Origin: Nemertoderma westbladi | Taxonomy: Eukaryota; Animalia; Xenacoelomorpha | DNA: 56,534 nt | Direction: 5' to 3' | Assembly: GCA_032718475.1 (NCBI GenBank) | Contig: JAUCBJ010008539.1 | Coordinates: 1 to 56,534 of the forward strand | Shown: positions 40,237 to 50,947 of the stretch, piece by piece | Layout: each line of letters starts with the position of its first letter | Position numbering within the stretch: the stretch's first letter is position 1 | Translations under genes and position numbers: made by a program | Notes under the pieces: model-generated | Database searches by the model: none | What the model saw: only the letters and a program-made list of their open reading frames with translations | What the model was told of the DNA's origin: nothing

Positions 40237-40815
40237 CGTCGACAGTGACACTTAAATTAACTTTCATCATTTCACTCACAGTAAATTATTTGCCACGTTT
40301 TGACCACAATTATCTATTTCTAGGTAAATTACCTGAAATTACCCCAGAAAAAAAAATGGCAGCGCCGGGATCAAATGTTCCTTAGCGTCAAGGTACTAGA
40401 GTTTCTATGACAATGGATAAATAGTATACCCGGGAAAGTGTCATAATTGTGTTAATTCAACTGAATTATTGAATCGCGACTCATTTATCACAATAAATTG
40501 TTATTCCATTATTTAATTGAATGACTATTAATTAATAATAAATAACTATTGTTGAAGAAGTAACACGCCATGAAAGTGGTTAAAAAAAACGAGAAATGAC
40601 CCCAATCTAAAATCGTATTTCTACGTCATCTGGAAATAAGTGTTTGATAATAGCGATGGCTGCATTCTTAACCCATCCCACCAAATCGATAATGTATAGC
40701 ATATTAATTGACTCAATCCATCTCTCAACCGGGTCACATACACAGGCTCGGTGATATGCAATCCTTCAGTTATTTGGATATACTGTTAGCCTGTAGGCGA
40801 TCGGGGTGTTCCATC

Positions 40816-40896
40816 GAATTTATGGAGGAATCTTTGTCGAGGCACTGAGTGTAAATCTTTTCCAAAGTCGTTGAATGCCTCCAAAATGTTGTCTAA
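40816..40896 (-). pseudogene. Highly degenerate CR1/L2-like LINE RT fragment
   Basis: Translates to LDNILEAFNDFGKDLHSVPRQRFLHKF, resembling the CR1-type motif xDxIYLDFSKAFDSVPHQRLLxKL. Confidence 0.5.
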
Positions 40897-41118
40897 CTTC
40901 CGCGCATAAAACTAGGCTGGCCGTAGGGACTGTACATATCTATAAATTTCCACAGAAGTCTTCCTTGAAAGAGCGATGAATATCTTGGATCTTGATCCTG
41001 CCCTACAATACCATTTCATTGGGCCACTACTGTTTGGGAGCACTGTTAAATTGGTGGGTAACCTCTTTCTCGGTAAAGTATATTGGAATTGATATATCGA
41101 TATATTATATTGGAAGAC

Positions 41119-41415
41119 TGTTGAATTTTATCCGGCAAAACAAATAGGGAAATATTCGGATTACATACACCAGCAGTTTATTGTAGGGTTACAGTATATC
41201 GTACATAATGCAGAACTTTCAATAGTTATATTTACCGGTTGCCGGTACAGCATATAATAATAATAACACAGAAGGTATTGCAGACAAAGTACAAAACTAA
41301 TAGAACAAAACCGGACCGGTACGGTACAATCCAGTCATATAAGATCATAGTCAAAAGGACAGTTTTGAATTTCCCGCCCAACTAGAGTACATTATTTAAT
41401 CGTACACTTTCAACA
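41119..41415 (-). repeat. 3' LTR of the copia element (297 bp)
   Basis: Bounded by the 7-bp inverted repeats TGTTGAA...TTCAACA. It is directly preceded on the minus strand by the purine tract GAGTGGGAG, just after the RNase H stop. Confidence 0.8.
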
Positions 41416-41424
41416 CTCCCACTC
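41416..41424 (-). other. Polypurine tract of the copia element
   Basis: GAGTGGGAG abuts the LTR-initial TG. Confidence 0.75.
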
Positions 41425-41443
41425 GATTCAATTATCTCGTGAG

Positions 41444-42800
41444 TTATGGAACTATTTGGTTCATTACACCCAGTTTATGGCGTAATCCTAAGAATTTCTC
41501 CCATGCTAGTCCCTTTGTGAGAATATCGGCCATCATGTTTTGAGTTGGGCAGTATTTAATATCCACTTCACCATTCTCGATCTTCTCCCTGATGAAGGGG
41601 TAGCGGATATCTATGTACTTCATTCGACGATGTTGAATTGGATTCTTAGCCAACGCAATCGCCCCCTGGTTATCCTCATATATAGTTCCGCTATTGAGAT
41701 GAGCCATCCCAATGTCAGCCAGCAATCTGCTCAACCAGATGTATTCTTGGCATCTAGATTGGCACTCTAGAGCAATGTATTCAGCCTCAGTGGTTGATAA
41801 TGCAACAACAGGTTGTTGTTTACTTTGCCAACTTATGGCCCCACCATTGAATGTAAACACATAACCAGATGTGGATTTGCGATTTGACTCATCCCCAGCC
41901 CAGTCAGAATCACAATATCCGACCAATAGTCCATTGTCGTTTCCAACGAATTTGATTCAGTAATCCACTGTTCCCTTTATGTATCATAGTAAATGCTTGA
42001 TGCCTGCCCAGTGTGTCGCTCCAGGTTTAGATACAAAATGAGATAAAACGCCCACAGCCTGAGCAATATCTGGTCTATCGCGGCATAGAGCAAGCTTCCA
42101 ATAACTGCTTGGTACAGTGCAGTATCGATACCCTCATAATCATCTGCGAGTTTATCAAACTTTCCATTAACTTTCATAGGAGTTGACACTGGATTACAAC
42201 AGTCCATCCCAAAGCGGTACAAGATGTCTTTCAGGTATTGACTCTGAGAGATTGACATTTCCTTCGATTGACGATTCCTTGTGATAACCATTCCTAGTAT
42301 ATATTCTATCTCACCTTGATAAGTCATCTGAAACTTTGACATCAATAGTGCTTTCTCTTCATTGAGTAGATTGATGCAATTTGATGCAATATTCAAGTCA
42401 TCCACGTATACTGACAATAGGATGAATCTGTTATCTACTATCTTAACATAAATACAATTATCAGCCCCCGATTGTCTGTAACCCTCTCCTTAAGGACTTT
42501 ATAACTGTAGCGTGCAACAGGGGCAAATACTTCTTTAAAATCAATTCCTTGTTTCTGTGAGTAGCCCTGAGCTACCAATCGTGCCTTGAATCTACTAACA
42601 TTCCCTTTGCTATCCCGTTTAATCTTGTAGGTCCATTTGCTCCCTACGAGATTCTTGTCATTTGGTAGTTCTACCAAATTCCACGTATTATTTTCAGTCA
42701 GTGAGTTTATTTCATTGTCCATTGCTTCCTTCCATTGTTTATTATATGGACCCTGTGAAGCCTCATCGTAGGTTCGTGGCTCGTCCGACTCGATTATCAT
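41444..42800 (-). pseudogene. copia RT and RNase H (fragmented, internal RT deletion)
   Basis: EPRTY..W..AM..E..SL..N.TW.LV, SKWTYKIK, KARLVAQGY, YVDD and RNase H motifs are present. The DV..AFL and LYGLKQ segments are absent near 42500. Confidence 0.88.
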
Positions 42801-44529
42801 GGCGAATTCTGCATTGTCTGAAGCTTGAGGTATTAATTAGGTCGTGTCGACAATCATGTGTTTCCCACCAGTTTCCCCGAATGACCCCTGGATCCGATTC
42901 CGGCTCTCTATGTTCGCGGCGCAGATATCTATTAATCTCTACTGGGGCCCCTCCAGCCACTACATTATGGCCATCATCACCATACAGATGCTGGGCTCCC
43001 ACTGGATCTCTAGTTTCAGTATTCTGTGGGATACTGAACACATGACTATCACCTAATTCATCGTACACCTCCTTTGCAGTTTTCGCAAAGTTATTCTCAA
43101 TAAACTTTACATGTCTACTAACCAACATCTTCTTAGATTCTGGACAGAAGAATTTGTAACCTTTATGTTCGTTGCAGTAACCAACGAATCTGCACCGAAT
43201 GGATTTTGCATCCAATTTCTTCCTTGTCTTATCAGGGATATGAATGTAAGCATCACAACCAAATACTCGCAGATTACTTACGTCTGGTTTGTGGTCATGC
43301 CAAACTTCATATGGAGTCTTTCCTCTAATAACTGACGTTGGACTCCGATTCCTTAAGTATACAGCCGTACTGACGGCTTCCGCCCAGAAACACTTAGGCA
43401 ATGAAGAGTTATGGAGCATTGATCTTACACTTTCCATTAGTGTTCGATTTAGCTATTCAGCTATCCCATTTTGCTGTGGAGTATGTGGTACACTGAATTC
43501 TTGTTGAATACCTCGTTCCAAACAATAATTATTGAATTCATTTGATGTGTATTCCCCACCGTTGTCACTTCTGAGATTTTATCCCTTTTTCCTGTAGCAT
43601 TTTCAGCAGTAGCTACATATTCTTTGAACTTCTCAAATACACTGCTCTTATTTCGTATATATACAGAATTCCATTATGTATCGAGATCGGTCATCGGTAA
43701 ATGTGACAAAATATCGAGACCCCCCTATGGATTCAGTCGGCAATGGTCCACATATGTCACTATGCACTAGCTCCAGTATTTCACGTTCCTTGGATTCAGC
43801 TTCCTTGGTAGGAAATGGTAATCGATGGTGTTTCCCAATTATCGCATATCATAGCTTATCATTATCTCCAGCCATCTTCATTCCGGAAATAATGTTCTTA
43901 TTTATTAGTTGTTTTAAACTATCATAATTTAAATGTCCATATCGCTGGTGCCACAAATTTATATCAACTTTCTCAGCTGCGATATTCGAATAATCATTCT
44001 CATGGAATTGGTAGAGTTTACCATTGAGTTTTCCAATGATTTCTTTACAGCCATTTACCATCACTATACATTCGTCATTGGTGAATATTACTTCCACACC
44101 TTTAGCAGCTTTATTAGCAGCACGTACAGAAAATAAGTTTCTCCTAAGCTCAGGTAGGTACAACACATATTTTAAAGTAATAGAGCGCAATTTACCCTCA
44201 ACAGCGACCTCTATGTGTATATTTCCTGTTCCAACAGCATTAACAACCCGATTATCGCCCAGCAGAATTGGACGTGGTGGCTCCAACTCCTTGAATGAAT
44301 TATATTTCGATTTATCAAATGTCATATGCTGTGATGCTCCGGAATCTATACACCAATCTGCAGTTCCTGTCATTGAGGTAATCAGAGTAATGCCGCACTC
44401 CATACCATTTTCCTCTGCAACCTCGGCATGTTCATTTTGTCCCAAACTTGACTGTTTACCCTTTTGCCCAAATTTTGGTGGCTTATAGCAGTCACGTTTC
44501 CAGTGCCCCTTATTACCGCAATTAAGCAT
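42763..44529 (-). pseudogene. copia zinc knuckle / aspartic protease / integrase (fragmented)
   Basis: CGNKGHWKRDC, WCIDSGASQHM, LWHQRYGH, FWAEAVSTAVYLRNRSP, LRVFGC, FVGY. There is an in-frame stop after NGIAE and several frameshifts. Confidence 0.88.
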
Positions 44530-45130
44530 TTACCAGGTTTATCCCCACCGCCAGATTTTTTATTGTGGCTACTGCTACTGGGGCCTTTAAACATGGGACT
44601 TTTCTTTGTCGAACTTCCACCAGCAGATGCTGCGAAGGCATTTTCAGTCCGTTTATCTCGATTAATAAACTGTTTACTTTTATCTTCCTCATGCAGATAC
44701 CAATCGCGAACTGATCCCCAGGTCAGTGTATCCAAGTCTGAACCTTCAAGTGACGTTACCAGACTCGCGAATAATGGTGGAAGACTAGACAACAGAATAA
44801 CAATCAAGTCCCGCTCCTGTACGGGATCGCCTATTTCCCGTAAATGATCTGAGAGTTTTCTAATCTCATTCACATGCGTTAATACTGAATCGCCTTCCTT
44901 CAGTATTAAATTGTACAATCGACGCCTATACATGACCACGTGTGCCAACGTAGTCTTTTCGAAATGATCCCTTAGGCTTGTCCATGCCTCCTTGGCAGTC
45001 GTAGCATTCCGGACATAAACCTGTTGATCAGTTTCCATGTTTAGGCAAATAATCGCCCTTGCTCGATTGTCGCCTCGCCTAAAGCTGGCAACTGTTTTGA
45101 GAAGTGGTTCTCCAGGATTCCGGAGGTACA
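44382..45130 (-). pseudogene. copia gag fragment
   Basis: DNRARAIICLNM..QQVYVRNATTAKEAWTSL...LLSSLP; frameshift at the zinc knuckle near 44525. Confidence 0.85.
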
Positions 45131-45659
45131 TGTGACACAACGCGAATTCGTTCGCTTCTCTAATCAGTTTTATCAATTAATTACTCAATATATCTCTTCT
45201 TGGTTATATAAGATGTTTCCGACGGATGGTGGTATTCCGTTTAGATTACCGGTAATGCTTAAGGTAGAGTATATACTAATGTGTCAACTGTGACGGGCGT
45301 TTGGTTGGGCTTATTGAGAGAGGTTGCACTTTTAGTGGACTCATTAAGAATATCGTATGCGCTGTTCATATCCCCATCGAGATCAATTGAGCATCTTTTA
45401 GTTTACTTGGCTGTCTGTAGGAAATCCACGTCTCCTCGTAGTTGGTTAAAGGGCGATTGTTGTAGAGGTTTTACATTTTGAGGGGAACTCCCAAACAAAA
45501 TTAACTGGCACGTGTTTACTTGCTATGGGAGAGTAAATAAAAATAACCAAGACTACAGCATGGTGGCATATACAATATCCGCTCGAACCATCGTGGTATT
45601 ATATCGGTTCATTTCTATCATTCTTAATTAATAGGCCATTAGTCGCTTAGAGTCTGAAT

Positions 45660-45840
45660 TCAACCTGCTTTTTGGTCATTTGGAACGTCGAATCGGGAAT
45701 TCCACCCACAATGTCTGGCCCATTATAGTGGCCTGGTATATACTATATAAATCATTAATATCCCCATCTAATAGATATTCGATTGATACATCCTGTTGGA
45801 AGTAGGTGGAAGGGGGTGGTGTTGTAGTATACCAATGGGT
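45660..45840 (-). pseudogene. Possible degenerate CR1-like LINE endonuclease fragment
   Basis: Weak motif echoes across frames: IGILQPPPS (cf. IGVIYRPP), YLLDGDIND (cf. IIMGDFN), QTLWVEFPIR (cf. LxQxVxxPTR). Confidence 0.35.
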
Positions 45841-46658
45841 GTTTGGTGTGGACCAACTCTCTCTTTGGTGTGATACAACTCTCCTAAAAATCACAAAAAT
45901 GATAAAAAACCCCAAATTAATAATAACCCGCAGTGGTGCAGATAATCGATTAGTGCTTCATTTCCTAAGTCACCAAAAAATTGTCCTATCATCAATTTCC
46001 CCAATGGTCGCTTCTTTATTCTGGTATGATTTACTTTTATTTTACGATAACTGATATCAAGAACAGAGACACATTGAGTGAATTCCGCTTTTTACTCAGT
46101 AACCATTCGTTTAAACCAACTCAGCTCACTGTGACTTAAAATATCGCAGGATTTGTTTCAATACACTTGCTATTACTGATGTTAGAATTACCAACACTGT
46201 GTTTCCGTTGAATGCGTTGTCATTCTGAAATAACTTAAAGTTTGGGTTGATTGAAAGCGAAAATTACAATTAAACCTTGCAATACTTCTGCTCTTTTATA
46301 TAACCCAATTATCACCATTGACGTATAACAAATAGTTTAATTCAAAATTTAAAATAAATTCATATGTTCTCTTGTTTCTATATCAACCGCCATCATAAAG
46401 TCTATTCATTTTAAGTTGGTGATCGGTACGTTACGCATTTCGCTGATTGCTTTAATATTTGTTCAAACGAATCATCTGTAATTAAATTATTAATGTCCTT
46501 GTTTGTCCATAGATCGATTTTGACTGTTTCATTTATTATATTTAATTTAAACAGTTTCATCAACCAGTTCAATAGATACACTGACTCACATACAGCTATG
46601 AAGAATGACAACCCACCCTGCAACACATGTAACTAAACATTTTCTTTATATTCTATAG

Positions 46659-46844
46659 AGTATGGATTATTTATCGAAGTTCGGTAGTTCGCTAATCCAC
46701 CAGCTGAATTTCCGCGGTTCCTGGGTATTTATTGGGTACCGGGGCCTCAAAGGGAAGTCGGTCTACGAGGACCTTAGGTTGGGAGACGGCGATAAATACG
46801 GGAAAACCGTTACCGTTCGGGGGTGTGTACCCAAGAAACTTGGG
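46659..46844 (+). CDS. POMGNT1: Internal exon of a POMGNT1-like gene: C-terminal part of the ILEI/PANDER (FAM3-like) stem domain
   Basis: YLSKFGSSLIHQLNFRGSWVFIGYRG matches the ILEI pattern LGS..I..L.FRDSWAFVG.KG. Acceptor ttctatag, donor GG|gtgagt, phase 0. It may be a paralog rather than the ortholog. Confidence 0.8.
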
Positions 46845-47011
46845 GTGAGTCACAACAATCAATTAGTCCATCTAGAGAGCAAATTTATTGATGATTTCCG
46901 ATCCCAAAATTATGAATTTTCCTTCTTAAACTGGATTAGGAAAACAGTATAAAACATAAATTCGATCGATAAATTTAAGTTACAGTTAACCCCGTTTTTA
47001 CTATCTAATAG

Positions 47012-47145
47012 GTATTGAGTCGTAAGAAGGTCTGGTCTCGGGAAGTCGGTATGTTTTGTTCCGGTTTTCAAGGATATAACAAGTTCTGCAAACAGCGTCC
47101 GTATTATCTACCGATACCAAAGTCGTCGGTTCCAGAAAACCTGCG
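47012..47145 (+). CDS. POMGNT1: Internal exon of a POMGNT1-like gene (stem-catalytic linker, FC...GY...C)
   Basis: FCSGFQGYNKFC resembles POMGNT1 FCSKVEGYGSVC. Acceptor aatag (phase 0) and donor CG|gttggt (phase 2) are frame-compatible with both neighbouring exons. Confidence 0.75.
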
Positions 47146-47285
47146 GTTGGTAAATCTATTTAAACCTGAGCGGATTTTTTTAATAATGTCCCGGATATTT
47201 AATCACGCCACTAGCGGGCATTACAGTGAAAGTCTTCAATTGTTGCCAGATGAATGAGTCACCCTAATTGCATTACCATTAACAG

Positions 47286-47480
47286 GTCCAGTCCGGTTTA
47301 CAGTATGCCCATTCTCGTTGTGGGCGATATGGGCACTCAAGACGCCCAATTGAGTCTGCTGGAGTCATTGACCTCTCTGTTGAAAGTGCCTGGAATGGAT
47401 CCAGCTATGGTCACCTTGGCAACTCAGGGGCCAGACTTTATAGACGAACCTTCCGCTCTGGCAAATCTTTTTGGATTCAG
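47286..47480 (+). CDS. POMGNT1: Internal exon of a POMGNT1-like gene (start of GT13/GNT-I catalytic domain)
   Basis: MPILVVG...LLESLTSLLKVPGMDPAMVTLATQG...EPSALANLFG aligns with POMGNT1 VPVAVIAG...[36 protein letters not shown]. Acceptor aacag (phase 2), donor AG|gtaagt. Confidence 0.82.
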
Positions 47481-47786
47481 GTAAGTTTGTTATGTCCGTT
47501 ATGTACGATAATATTGTTATACAATAATGACACGTTCGTGGGGACTTCGCGCAGCACGAGGCCTAGTTATTATATACAAATTAAAATGCAGCGACTGTAT
47601 CACAAAATCAGGTTTTGAGAAATTTACCCACACCACCAATCAATCAAAGAAAGGTGGACAGTACGTGTTCACCCCTTTTAATCTCCCCCCCCCCCCCCCC
47701 CCCACCCTTTCCAACCACCAATACATAACCGCGACATCTACCACCCACGGAAGGGTAGCACGAACTTATTTCCAATCGCACGTTAA

Positions 47787-48076
47787 ATATGCAAAGCCAG
47801 GTGGTTTATAGGAATATAATAAACGCAGTACTCGTTTTCATTATAAGCCTCTTTGCGTTCGTCCTGTTTTGTATTTAAATATATTTCTTAAACGCAAGCT
47901 AGGACGATCTTTATAATAATAATAACTAGGGATGCGATCAATATGTGAAGCCAGGTGGTTTATATAATAATTTAGTCAACGCAGTACTCGTCTTCATTAT
48001 ATGCCTCGTTGCGCTCGTCGCTTGTCCTGTTTTGTCATAAAATATTTTTCCTAAACGCAGACTGACGATCTTTATA
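47787..48076 (+). repeat. Diverged tandem duplication of about 150 bp
   Basis: AATATG..AAGCCAGGTGGTTTATA...AACGCAGTACTCGT...GTCCTGTTTTGT...TAAACGCA...GACGATCTTTATA occurs at about 47787 and about 47940. Confidence 0.85.
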
Positions 48077-48889
48077 CAGTTATAACTATGCGAAGTTTCG
48101 AAAATGTGCGAGTAACTGTTGATACATCTATGTGGAGATGTGTGATATGTGGAGATGTGTGATACAACGCCAACGCATCTTATGCCGATGTAGTAATATG
48201 GGTATTGAAATAATATTAAATCAATGTACACTCTTAAAGCTGCAGCGAAAAAATGTAGCTAATTTCCTAGGTTACATATAACATAATAATATTATTTTTA
48301 AGAACATTAATTTTACTACTTTGCAAAAATTCAATTAAAAAATAACCAGACATATACATTGTGGAATAAACTATTTCAGAAGCCTACAACAGCCATGCCA
48401 TGGATTGTATTTATGTTATTATATCTGTCATTTAACTGAGATAGCAATAGTAGTAATAGTCGAACGGTTATGCGGCCCGTCCAGCCTATAATAAACACAA
48501 TTCAGTGATTGGGCTGGAATAGCAATACTGGTTGCCTCTATTACAATTCCTCTCAGGTTAGTCTACAGCCACAACTCCCAGCAGCTAGCTCCACACCAGC
48601 AGAGACTTGACCAATAATGGGAAGGATTAAATTTGTACTCAATAATTGTGCGGTTTAATTACGTTTAGATCAATTAAAGACACATTTATTAAAGCAAATC
48701 ACTTAAACTAATTAAAAACTATAATAGAATGGCGTATGGGGATTATATCTGTATAATTTTTAAGTATAATTATTTAAATCTTATACTGTAAAACAATTAA
48801 TTTCCTTTAAAAGGCAGGTTGAAAATGGCGTTTTCACCGCAATCAACTTAATTAACTAATTAACTGCTATTATCTTAGCTTCTCGAAGG

Positions 48890-49082
48890 CCACACGGAAA
48901 TTCTACTTGGAAAATTTCTAAACTTTTGCCAAACAACATGTGTACCAAGTTTGGATAGATTTCATCAAAGATTGGCCGAGTTATTAACGTTTAAAATTGA
49001 ACACGACAGAACGACAGAACGACAGGTTGATTAATGGTACCACTACGCTAAGGCTCACTCACTTCGTGGCTCGCCCCACAAA
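48890..49082 (+). mobile_element. Helentron/HINE-like non-autonomous element fragment
   Basis: Core-like TGTGTACCAAGTTTG, then short (ACGACAGA)3 repeats, then an end GTGGCTCGCCCCACA. A near-identical end forms a hairpin at 49751-49782. Confidence 0.4.
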
Positions 49083-49979
49083 GATTACGATTAGTTTAGC
49101 TGTAAATAGATAGATTCTAGAGAATATTAATATTACTAATTAATTAATTAAACGTTATTTAATGTTTGTTTTGTAATTACGACTTGTGCGTCCATTAAGC
49201 TTCCCCCCCCCCCCCCCCTCCCACCCACCCGGGACCCACTTCTATAATAGTTGATACTAATATAGCATAATATGCAATCCATTGTTTCATGAATGAATTT
49301 TTGTATGTTACGTATTTTTATCTGTCACTTTTTCACTTTGCGATTCACCCCACTGAATTGATACCAATTCAGTACCATCAGTCAGTATGTACTTTTACTC
49401 ACTCACTAAAACATATAAAACTCATCCCAGAATAAATTTAATAGTAAATATAGTATTTTTATGAAAATCTGCAGTTTATATATTTTAGTTAATGGAACTC
49501 TAACTATTCTTAACTTCACAATGAAGATCCATGGTGGTTTGGTTTTATCACCCAAATCCAAGCTGATAAATTTAATTAATATTTAATAAACGTCACAAAT
49601 AGAATGCAACCCCAAGTTAGATGATTTGACGCTAGAAAGCCAGCAAGCTGGCTGGAAGGAGCCCGGGGGAAGAATCCTAGCCAAGACTATTACAAATAAA
49701 CCTGTCAGTCAGCAGTTTAAGTAAACAAACAATTGTCTAAACTATAAGGCGTGGGGCTAGCTGACTTTGTGGCTCGTCCCACATAATAAAAAATGAAAGA
49801 CTCAGCCAGCAGCCAGCAGCAGGAGGGGTGTAGTCAAGAAATTCCTCCTTGATGGAATTCTATCTCAGGCAGCCCTGCACTCAACCATTCCTACACAGCT
49901 AGCTGCTGCAGCAGCTCAGGCGCTTTAAATTTCGCAACAAAATAATTTCAAAAAAACTAAATATATCGAATACCACACA

Positions 49980-50185
49980 TTGAATTGATCTGATATTTTG
50001 TAACGCGATTATGAACCACCAAAGCAATTTACTTGTAAAATTTCAACAAAATCGCCAGGCAGGAAGTGCCTGAACCTGAATAATTATCAGTCAGTCAGTC
50101 AGTGTTATATATCCTGAGATTTTTACAGTAAGTATCCCGCAGATTTTTACAGTAAGTATCCCGCCTGTCGAGCGGGCTCCTAACT
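49980..50185 (+). mobile_element. Helentron/HINE-like fragment with (CAGT)n microsatellite, 24-bp tandem duplication and terminal hairpin
   Basis: AAATTTCAACAAAATCG core-like sequence, (TCAG)4, AGATTTTTACAGTAAGTATCCCGC x2 (50117-50164), and hairpin CCCGC-ctgtcga-GCGGG. Confidence 0.4.
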
Positions 50186-50276
50186 AAGTCAAATTAATTG
50201 GCACCAAATATATTTTTCTGCAGCTCCAATTTACATCCACAAATTTTGAATATCATTTATAATTATTCATCCCCCA

Positions 50277-50419
50277 AAACAATTATTTGTTAACCAAAAA
50301 CAACTATTTTGTTAACCAAAATGAATTATTTGTTAACCAAAAATAATTTTTATGTTAACCAAAAACAATTATTTTGTTAACCAAAAACAATATTTGTAAA
50401 CCAAAAACAATTATTTTTG
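50277..50419 (+). repeat. Minisatellite of about 21 bp (AACAATTATTTTGTTAACCAAA), about 6-7 copies
   Basis: Directly visible tandem TGTTAACCAAAA units. Confidence 0.85.
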
Positions 50420-50947
50420 TGACGGGATCCCCGAGTTGGCGAGGGAATCTCGACCGGGTTTTGTCTTGGTTCAATACGCGTCGCCGCGTCCGCTTGCTGT
50501 GGCTGAATGACTGAAGGCCGAAGGCCGGTTATAATGAAAGAGTTTGGTGTTAATGTTGTTAATCTCTGATAAGTATACAAGTGCCGGTAGTATAGCACAA
50601 TCAGTAGCACAATGACAGCAGACAACGCGTTTGAAACAAACACAAAGCGTTTGAAAACCGTTCGACTTCTGCTCACCCAATATACCAACTAAGGCACAAT
50701 TGAGTAACGGTTATATATTACATGGGACACATTATCTACATAGGTGTGGCCAACCAGTGGACGCGCTGTAATTGGACACATGCTGTACCTCCATTGGTCG
50801 ATCTATCTCCTTGTCCAAACCTACCTTCCCCTGGCTCTATGCTAGCTTCTACCCTGAGATGACCTGTGCGCTGGCATCTCTCCCTGTGGGTTGGCAATGT
50901 ATATTGCCTTTGTTGGTTGTTAGGTGATATTATATTGGTAATGTCAC

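Larger units (their letters stand above)
41119..45130 (-). mobile_element. Decayed Ty1/copia LTR retrotransposon, 5' LTR missing
   Basis: Domain order is gag (TAKEAW..L), zinc knuckle (CxxCxxxxHxxxxC), protease (IDSGAS), pre-integrase (LWHQRYGHLN), integrase ([23 protein letters not shown]), RT (FKARLVAQG, VYVDDL), RNase H (YCDSDWAG, TEAEY, EDNQGA, ADILTK), which is the copia order. There are several frameshifts and stops. Confidence 0.95.

Noticed and set aside
5428-40385. Dozens of long Pro/Ser/Gln-rich ORFs (up to 1822 aa) as real mucin-like genes
   Set aside because: They occur in all three frames, the unit lengths (34 and 29) are not multiples of 3, and most starts and stops are CpG-decay variants. 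This is an artefact of a stop-free monomer.
45130-45600. 5' LTR and primer-binding site of the copia element
   Set aside because: No copy of the 41119-41415 sequence and no TGG-initiated PBS were found.
46662-47484. ORF-track proteins 46662-46952, 47015-47257 and 47254-47484 as three separate genes
   Set aside because: They are exons with intronic read-through. The splice sites join them in one frame.
47685-49230. Poly-C tracts at about 47686 and about 49203
   Set aside because: Simple homopolymers with no further structure.
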